Shown here in pieces: positions 10,602 through 19,003 of a stretch of 19,003 nt of DNA. Position 1 is the first letter of the stretch, and the number at the start of each line of letters is the position of its first letter. Source of the DNA: Eledone cirrhosa (lineage: Eukaryota); contig CAXHJY010001672.1 of NCBI GenBank assembly GCA_964016885.1, positions 1 to 19,003 on the forward strand, written 5' to 3'. A model generated the notes under the pieces. That model searched no databases. It worked only from the letters and a program-made list of their open reading frames with translations, and was not told the DNA's origin. The translations under genes were made by a program, and so were the position numbers.

Positions 10602-10602
<1 letters not shown>

Positions 10603-10632
<30 letters not shown>

Positions 10633-11875
10633 CATACATACATACATACATACATACATACACCTACATACATACATACATACACATATATACATACACA
10701 GATAGACACACATACATACATACATACATACATACATACATACATACATACACAGATAGACATACATACATACATACATACATACATACATACATACATA
10801 CATACACATATATACATACACAGATAGACATACATACATACATACATACACCTACATACATACATACACAGATAGACATACATACATACATACATACATA
10901 CACATATATACATACACAGATAGACATACATACATACATACATACATACACATATATACATACACAGATAGACATACATACATACATACATACATACATA
11001 CACATATATACATACACAGATAGACATACATACATACACCTACATACATACATACATACACCTACATACATACATACACAGATAGACATACATACATACA
11101 TACATACATACACCTACATACATACATACATAGATAGACATACATACATACACCTACATACATACATACATACACAGATAGACATACATACATAGACATA
11201 CATACATACATACACCTACATACATAGATAGACTCACTTACATACATACACAGATAGACATACATACATACATACATACATACATACATACATACATACA
11301 TACATACATACATACATACATACATACACTTACACAGACACACAGATAGACATACATACATACATACACTTACACAGACACACAGATAGACACACATACA
11401 TACATACACACACTTGGATAGATAGACACATACATACATACACACATAGAGACACTTACATACATAGACACATACATACACACTTACATACATACATACA
11501 CACTTACATAGATAGACACATACATACACACACTTACACACATATACACTTACATAGACACATACATACATACACACACATAGACACATACACACTTACA
11601 CACATACATACATAAACACACACATACGTAGACATACATACACACACACATTTACACACACGCATACACACACAGATACACACATTCACACACACTCACA
11701 CTTACACACGCACATACATACACACACTCACACATTTACACACAGTCATACATTTACACACACACACACACAGTCACTCGCACACACATTTACACATACA
11801 CACATACACATACACACATTTACACATACACACACACACACACACACAGTCACCTACACACACATACACACACAA
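10603..11875 (+). repeat. (TACA)n array decaying into (CA)n, ~1.27 kb
   Basis: Direct reading, with recurrent cagataga and cacatatata markers. Confidence 0.96.
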
Positions 11876-12048
11876 CCATGCTATATATTCTAATCTCCAT
11901 GTAATATCTCCGTTTGTTATATCAATATGTTATATCGACCTGTTTGTTTTTACACTGTTACCAATATCACATGACTTATGGTGTAATTGTTTCGATGGTA
12001 AAGTTACAACTGTGCTATATCGTGGCTTAATGGTTAGAGTGGTATAAC

Positions 12049-12080
12049 GTGGCTTAGTAGTTGCAATATCAACTCGTTTA

Positions 12081-12134
<54 letters not shown>

Positions 12135-12166
12135 TAAATGAGTTGATATTACAAGCACTAAGCCAC
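12049..12166. repeat. Palindrome: 35 bp arms (4 mismatches) around (TA)n
   Basis: gtggcttagtagttgcaatatcaactcgtttaaac versus the reverse complement of the right arm, gtggcttagtgcttgtaatatcaactcatttaaac. Confidence 0.92.
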
Positions 12167-12219
12167 AATATTATAACAATATGACCCTCCCCAAAAATAA
12201 CAATATATATATATATTTA

Positions 12220-12255
12220 CAGGGTGTCCCCAACAATGTACATTTTGATTACCTG
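12220..12255. mobile_element. Possible Tc1/mariner-type TIR remnant
   Basis: TA|CAGGGTGTCCC...ACCTG|TA. The start is typical of mariner-type termini with TA target duplication, but the element is very short. Confidence 0.4.
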
Positions 12256-12273
12256 TACAGGCAATATTTATTA

Positions 12274-12337
<64 letters not shown>

Positions 12338-12345
<8 letters not shown>

Positions 12346-12439
12346 ATACTTTGGGAGGGTCATGTTGCCAATAAGAAACACACGCACCAGTGCGTGTGTT
12401 TCTTATTGGCAACATGACCCTCCTAAAATATAACAATAT
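12338..12439. repeat. Near-perfect palindrome: 50 bp arms, 2 mismatches, 2-nt loop
   Basis: atattgttatactttgggagggtcatgttgccaataagaaacacacgcac-ca-gtgcgtgtgtttcttattggcaacatgaccctcctaaaatataacaatat. Confidence 0.97.
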
Positions 12440-12493
12440 CGGTTTCAACACACGATTTCAGATAAAGAATCTTGCTAAACAAATTCAGAAACG

Positions 12494-12554
<61 letters not shown>

Positions 12555-12592
12555 ATATTAACAAATGGAAACTATATTAATAAAACCATATT

Positions 12593-12658
12593 TATTTTAT
12601 TATACATATTTCAAGGGCCACCAAGGTAAATTATGGTGCGCTTTCATCAGCTAAAATA
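12593..12658 (-). ncRNA. Type I hammerhead ribozyme motif with intact core
   Basis: UAUUUUAG-CUGAUGA-AAGCGCACCA(10-nt loop)UGGUGGCCCUU-GAA-AUAUGUAU-A/AUAAAAUA. Predicted cleavage lies between 12601 and 12600. Confidence 0.75.
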
Positions 12659-12733
12659 CAATACAGAATTAGTTTTATAAATAAATATTGACATACCCTG
12701 ACAAAAAGACAACCTTAACGGTTGGAGCTTCCT

Positions 12734-12827
<94 letters not shown>

Positions 12828-13171
12828 GTATATATATGCAGTGGTGGACTGGGTCTAAAAATATTGGTTGCTAGGAGATGAAGAGGGCCCACCTACATAT
12901 AGAATGCTATCATTTAATTTTTATAATGAATGAATAACATTTTCGAAAAATACATAAGTGGAAACAAAACAGTGCAATCAAACTTTTGCAGAAAAATATC
13001 TTTCCTTCTCCAATAAAAAAAATATTATGTATTTTGCGAAATCCAGAGACTTTCAATAATGACCAGAAGTCGACCCTAGCTCTAGGAAAGCCACGAACAA
13101 CACAACATCTTTTTAACTTTGATTTTGAAAGTAGGTTTATAATTATTAATTTTCATTATACATTTGTAGCT

Positions 13172-13274
13172 GTCTCGATGGCCTAGTTGGAGGAATCATA
13201 GACGGTGGTGATCCTGGTCTGAAGCTCGATCCTTGTTGGGAGTAGGGTTCCCGGTAAACCTTTCCAGTTTTTTT
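13172..13274 (+). ncRNA. tRNA-like Pol III module, left arm (degenerate, not a canonical tRNA)
   Basis: A box TGGCCTAGTTGG 13179-13190, degenerate B box AGCTCGATCC 13223-13232, T7 run 13268-13274. Confidence 0.5.
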
Positions 13275-13290
13275 CTATGGGTTTTAAAAT

Positions 13291-13386
13291 AAAAACTGAA
13301 AAAGGTTACATGTACCTCTTGACTAGGATTGAACCCAATGCCGGGATATCCAACGTCTCTAGTTCCTACCCTTAGGCCACAGAGAC
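13291..13386 (-). ncRNA. tRNA-like Pol III module, right arm
   Basis: A box TGGCCTAAGGGT 13379-13368, B box GGGTTCAATCC 13336-13326, T5 runs at 13303-13299 and 13295-13291. Confidence 0.55.
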
Positions 13387-13917
13387 AACTACGAATATCT
13401 TATGAAAATTCATACTTATAAACCTATTTTCAAAACAAAGTGTTGTGGTGTCGTTCATGTCTTTCTTAATGTTATTGCTCCTATTTAAGGTCGACTTCTA
13501 AATCACTTGGGTGTTCCATACACTACATCCTCGTTTTATTTCTCATCTATCTAGACTATATTTCAATCTTCAATCCATGTTTCATTTCTGTGTGTGTGTC
13601 CACCCCCCACAATCCCCCCCCCCCCCGGTTGACTAAATGCTTTGCTTAATTGTTTTTTTTTTAAATCTTATTCTTTCTCTAAGGTTTCAGGTATTTTTTG
13701 AAAGCAAAGCATTGGCCCCCTAAAATACTACAGTGGGCCCTGCAATGCTACTGTAGGCTCTTGCAATGCTACCGTGAGCCACCTGGGGGCCCACTTGCCA
13801 TTGGGAAACCTGGCAACCAGACCAGCCCGTCACTGTATATATATATATGTACGTGTGTGTGTGTGTCTGTATGTCTTCTACATCTGTATACGTGTTCTAT
13901 AGCATCGTCAAAACAGT

Positions 13918-13950
13918 GACAACAACAACAACAAAGCCAACAACGACCAT

Positions 13951-13982
<32 letters not shown>

Positions 13983-14417
13983 CGACATCTACAACAACAA
14001 CAACAACACCACCACCAGATAGTTAATCTATCGGTAAGATTGACCTTTCTAATCACATTCCTGCTCTGCCAATTAACGCAGTTTTACAACAGGACAGCAT
14101 CATTAACATCATCATCATCATCATCATCATTATCAGCAGCAGCAGCAGCAACAACAACAACACCAGCAGCAACATCATCATCATCATCAACAATATCAGC
14201 AGCAGCAACATCGTCAACATCATCGGCATGGTCGTTATCGTCATATATCATCATCATCATCATAACCACCACCATCGCCATCGCTATCATCATCACCACC
14301 ATCGCCATCGTCATCATCGTCATCACCACCACCATCATCATCATCATCATCGTCATCATCACCATCATCATCACCACCACCATCGCCATCGTCATCATCA
14401 TCACTATCGTCATCGCC

Positions 14418-14449
<32 letters not shown>

Positions 14450-14540
14450 CGTCAACATCATCATCATCATCGTCATTATCATCATCGTCATCATCATCAT
14501 CATCATGCTACAGTAGTGATATACCAACAACAACAACAAC
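13918..14540 (+). repeat. (CAA)n 13918-14015 and (CAT/CAC/CAG)n 14108-14505
   Basis: Direct reading. Confidence 0.93.
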
Positions 14541-14719
14541 ATCAATCTCATCACTTCCATTTACAAAACATGTTCCACAATTAAACTTTTAGTCGAGTAT
14601 TTTTTCTTTTATTTCTAGAATTTTCTTTCTTCCTTTCTTTCTTCCTTTCTCTCATCCTTTCTCTATTTCCTTCTACTTTTCTCTTTATCTTCCCATCTTT
14701 CTTTCTTTCTTTCTTTCAT

Positions 14720-14982
14720 TTATTTCTCCCACCCCTTCCATCCTTTCTCTTCTCCAAGACGCCATTTTCTTTAATTATCTCCCCCCCCCCCCTCCCTTCC
14801 TTCCTTTCATTCCTCCTAGCCGCCATTTCTTCCATTCTCTTTCTCACCCCCCTTCCTTTCTTTCATTCTTTCTCCTAGCCGCCATTTCTTCCACCACCAC
14901 CACTTCCACCCCTCCACCATAGCCGCCATCTTCTCTGATAAACTAACCCAGTATCTAACTATATTAAATATATCCGCCATAT
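14720..14982 (+). repeat. Degenerate pyrimidine-rich ~45-60 bp repeat, each unit carrying CGCCAT
   Basis: CGCCAT at 14760, 14821, 14880, 14924 and 14975. tttcatt..tcctagccgccatttcttcca is duplicated. Confidence 0.7.
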
Positions 14983-15107
14983 CTTCATCCAAAGCTATTT
15001 AGTTACATCACATAAAATTATTTACTTATTTATCATTTCATTTTTTTTTGTTTATATTGGTATTGGTTGTTGGTGAATATTAGTAGCATCGTTTGGTAGC
15101 AAGTTTC

Positions 15108-15750
15108 CTTCTTCTTCTTCTTCTTCTTCTTCTTCTCTTTCTTCTTCTTCTTCTTCTTCTCTTTCTTCTTCTTCTTCTTCTTCTTCTTCTCTTTCTTCTT
15201 CTTCTCTTTCTTCTTCTTCTTCTTCTTCTTCTTCTTCTTCTTCTTCTTCTTCTCCTTCTTCTTCTTCTTCTCTTTCTTCTTCTTCTTCTTCTTCTTCTCT
15301 TTCTTCTTCTTCTTCTTCTTCTTCTTCTCTTTCTTCTTCTTCTTCTCTTTCTTCTTCTTCTTCTTCTTCTCTTTCTTCTTCTTCTTCTTCTTCTTCTTCT
15401 CTTTCTTCTTCTTCTTCTTCTTCTTCTCTTTCTTCTTCTTCTTCTTCTTCTTCTTCTTCTTCTTCTTCTCTTTCTTCTTCTTCTTCTTCTTCTTCTTCTT
15501 CTTCTTCTTCTTCTTCTTCTTCTCTTTCTTCTTCTTCTTCTTCTTCTTCTTCTTCTTCTTCTTCTTCTTCTCTTTCTTCTTCTTCTTCTTCTTCTTCTTC
15601 TTCTTCTTCTTCTTCTTCTCTTTCTTCTTCTTCTTCTTCTTCTTCTTCTTCTTCTTCTTCTTCTTCTCTTTCTTCTTCTTCTTCTTCTTCTTCTTCTTCT
15701 TCTTCTTCTTCTTCTTCTTCTTCTTCTTCTTCTTCTTCTTCTTCTTCTTC
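15108..15750 (+). repeat. (CTT)n array, ~640 bp, purely pyrimidine
   Basis: Direct reading. In-phase CTCTTT interruptions. Confidence 0.98.
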
Positions 15751-15874
15751 TGTCCCAAGCAACTGTCTCCAACTGACCCGGCTGAATCCCCAAGGGAGAC
15801 CAGCCAAGCTCATGGATGTTATCCAACAATCTTGCTCGGAGGTCTACCCCCGGATCTCTTGCCTGTCCAGCGAT

Positions 15875-15875
<1 letters not shown>
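15748..15875 (-). mobile_element. RTE-clade (Rex3/Expander-like) LINE C-terminal fragment with one frameshift
   Basis: TGKRSGGRP/(+1 nt)/RARLLDNIHELGWSPLGIQPGQLETVAWDR resembles the GRPR.RW.D....LAW..LG..P..L..V...R ending of Rex3/Expander proteins (from memory). Confidence 0.75.
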
Positions 15876-15926
<51 letters not shown>

Positions 15927-16131
15927 AGGAGGTAGTATGGTAATGGAAGTGGAGGAGGAAGAGGAGGGGGAGTAGGAGATGGTGGTGCTGGTGGCATCTC
16001 CTCTTCCTTCTCCCCATTCGCTATTTCCTCCACCTTCAACACCATCTACTACTCCTCTACTACTCCTCATCTACTACTCTTCTTTCTCTTCCACTTTCAC
16101 CACCACACTATCTTCTACACACACACACAAA

Positions 16132-16203
<72 letters not shown>

Positions 16204-16205
16204 AA

Positions 16206-16456
16206 CACTTAGAAGACCTTATAAAGTTTAGTACAAGATATTTTGATGAAGTAGTTGACATTATATCTAAGAGAAGCGAGAAGCGAAATATAGGAAGTTA
16301 GCAACGTATTTGTGAAGATACTGCATCTTCAATTAATTCATTCTGTTGTTATCTCCTCCATCTCTTTGTTTTCTTGAGTGTATCTTAACGAAAGTAGATA
16401 TTTCAATTTCATTTTATAGAATTATTTTGTACTAAACTTATAAGGTTTTCCTAGTG
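16206..16456. mobile_element. MITE-like element, ~250 bp, with ~35-55 bp TIRs
   Basis: Left cacttagaagaccttataaagtttagtacaagata versus right (reverse complement) cactaggaaaaccttataagtttagtacaaaata. CACT termini, no clear TSD. Confidence 0.7.
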
Positions 16457-16486
16457 TGAATGGATTTATGTATGTATGTATGTATG

Positions 16487-17012
16487 TTCTTCTGGTTTTA
16501 TAATTTCACAAATTTTTTCCCAATAGAGAGAGAGTCGGTTTCTAACATAGACACAAGACTCTCTCATTGGAATTTACACAACATCAATTAGGTAGATATG
16601 TATGTATGCATGCATGTGTAGATATGGATGTTATTGTATGTATGGATGTGTATGTTTTGAGTTGTATGTGTGCATGTGTATATGCTTTGTATCTGTACAT
16701 GTGTATATGCAGTTATTAGATGCAAAATTTTTGGAATGTTTTACATATTTTTACTGTTCCATTAATGGATTGTACTTGTAGTTTCCTAACTAGTTGTGTT
16801 CTTTCTGTTCCTGTGAAGCCTAGCTTCTCAAGATTTGTATTGAGGCAGTTACTAACATATCCCAGTGCCCCAATAATCACAGGCATAAATCTGAAGGTGT
16901 AATCAGGGTGGAGTATCTGCAGATTTCTCATCAGTTCTGCATAAATATTCTCCTTTTCGCTTATCTTTGATATTATATTGGCATCTGCTGGGCAGCTAAT
17001 TTCCCCTACTGT
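16487..17012 (-). mobile_element. 5'-truncated non-LTR retrotransposon with restriction-like endonuclease C-terminus (Dong/R4-like) and 3' UTR
   Basis: Open frame 17012-16716: [53 protein letters not shown]...GTVKICKTFQKFCI*. The E-x-S-C-P...K...Y...P(V/I)IIGALG pattern is typical of R4/Dong endonuclease domains. The UTR ends at a (CATA)n run. Confidence 0.85.
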
Positions 17013-17345
<333 letters not shown>

Positions 17346-17560
17346 TTATGTATGATTTAAATTCAAAAGATATATATTCAGAAAGAGAAAAAGAATCATA
17401 TATCGTTCGAAAACACATAGAATTTGGAACACACACACACACAAACAAACACACACACATATATAAGGGGATCGCTTGTCACTGCTCTAACACTGAACTG
17501 GAAATCGGTAGAGTATATGGAAGGAATATATTAGTTTAACGCTTGAAATAGCAGGAAGAG

Positions 17561-17600
17561 GGTCTTAACGTTTCGGGACGCTAGTCCTTCATCAGCAGAA
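17561..17600 (-). ncRNA. Minimal hammerhead ribozyme motif of the Penelope-associated type
   Basis: UCUG-CUGAUGA-AGGAC-UAGC-GUCCC-GAA-ACGU-U/AAGA. Full core, palindromic ACGU stem III, closing pairs of stems I and II mismatched. Confidence 0.75.
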
Positions 17601-17860
17601 AGAATAAGAAATTAGATAGATTGAAGAGACGGGCGGGGAGGAATCGGAAAAAAATGTTTTTAGAAAAAATAACAGGTCCATTGATGTCGCCATCTCTTGG
17701 AAAACTGTACTCATAGAAATATTGTATATGTAGAAAGGCATAATGAAAGCTGAATCCTAGGTCGTAAAATTAAAAAAATTCTCATTTGAATCATTTACTT
17801 AACTGGATCTTCTGAAACTATTTATCCTCATCGAGCCCTCTTTGTATTTTAGTCTTCAAG

Positions 17861-18320
<460 letters not shown>

Positions 18321-18583
18321 TCAGAGATTTAAACAAATGTTAGATAAATAGACACATTAGATAAAGAGATAAACGAGTGTATTTAGAGCTTAGCTAGCAA
18401 ACATTAATTTGACAACAAACTGACAGAAGACATGACGACGTCCAGACTATTTTAAGATTGTTGGAAGAAACCTCACGTAAATTGTAAAAATATTTCAAGA
18501 TAACGGTTGATAAGCAGGCACAACCCCATTCATATAATTGTTGGCAACAATAAGAGAGTAAAAATACTCGCCATTGATGTTTC

Positions 18584-18997
<414 letters not shown>

Positions 18998-19003
18998 CAA
19001 TCT

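Larger units (their letters stand above)
13060..13505. repeat. ~445 bp imperfect palindrome containing two convergent tRNA-like modules
   Basis: Arms align from agaagtcgacc through ttttgaaa.taggtttataa.tat.aattttcat and the tRNA-like part to aaccttt.cagttttt. Centre near 13275-13290. Confidence 0.88.
12839..13835. mobile_element. Non-autonomous hAT-like DNA transposon, ~1 kb
   Basis: TIRs CAGTGGTGGACTGG and (reverse complement) CAGTGACGGGCTGG, shared subterminal tggttgcYagg and gggccc, 8-bp flanks tatatatg/tatatata. No transposase ORF. Confidence 0.7.

Noticed and set aside
13172-13386. Functional tRNA genes
   Set aside because: Acceptor, anticodon and T stems do not pair cleanly. Kept only as tRNA-like promoter modules.
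16928-16934. CTGATGA on the minus strand
   Set aside because: It lies within the retrotransposon reading frame (L-M-R codons) and has no stem II.
18427-18476. Plus-strand exon candidate [16 protein letters not shown]
   Set aside because: The acceptor lacks a polypyrimidine tract and no homology is recognised.

Overview
This is eukaryotic, AT-rich, almost entirely non-coding DNA, roughly half simple-sequence repeat. The repeat content and SINE sequences resemble those of an octopus/coleoid cephalopod; that is my inference and is unverified. Nearly all ORFs in the supplied track are microsatellite artefacts. Between the arrays are short transposon relics: tRNA-derived SINEs, 3' ends of RTE, Dong/R4-like and Tx1-like LINEs, a ~1 kb hAT-like non-autonomous element and MITE-like inverted repeats. 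No complete gene is present, only weak candidate exons. The most notable signals are: (1) three minus-strand hammerhead-ribozyme motifs (6608-6678, 12593-12658, 17561-17600), two of which share a long-stem-II architecture with compensatory base changes and an AAUAAA across the predicted cleavage site; (2) a ~445 bp palindrome of two convergent tRNA-like Pol III units nested in the hAT-like element; (3) a 34 bp minisatellite whose unit reads as a splice acceptor fused to a donor; and (4) a local duplication showing the same microsatellite and minisatellite in compact and expanded states.
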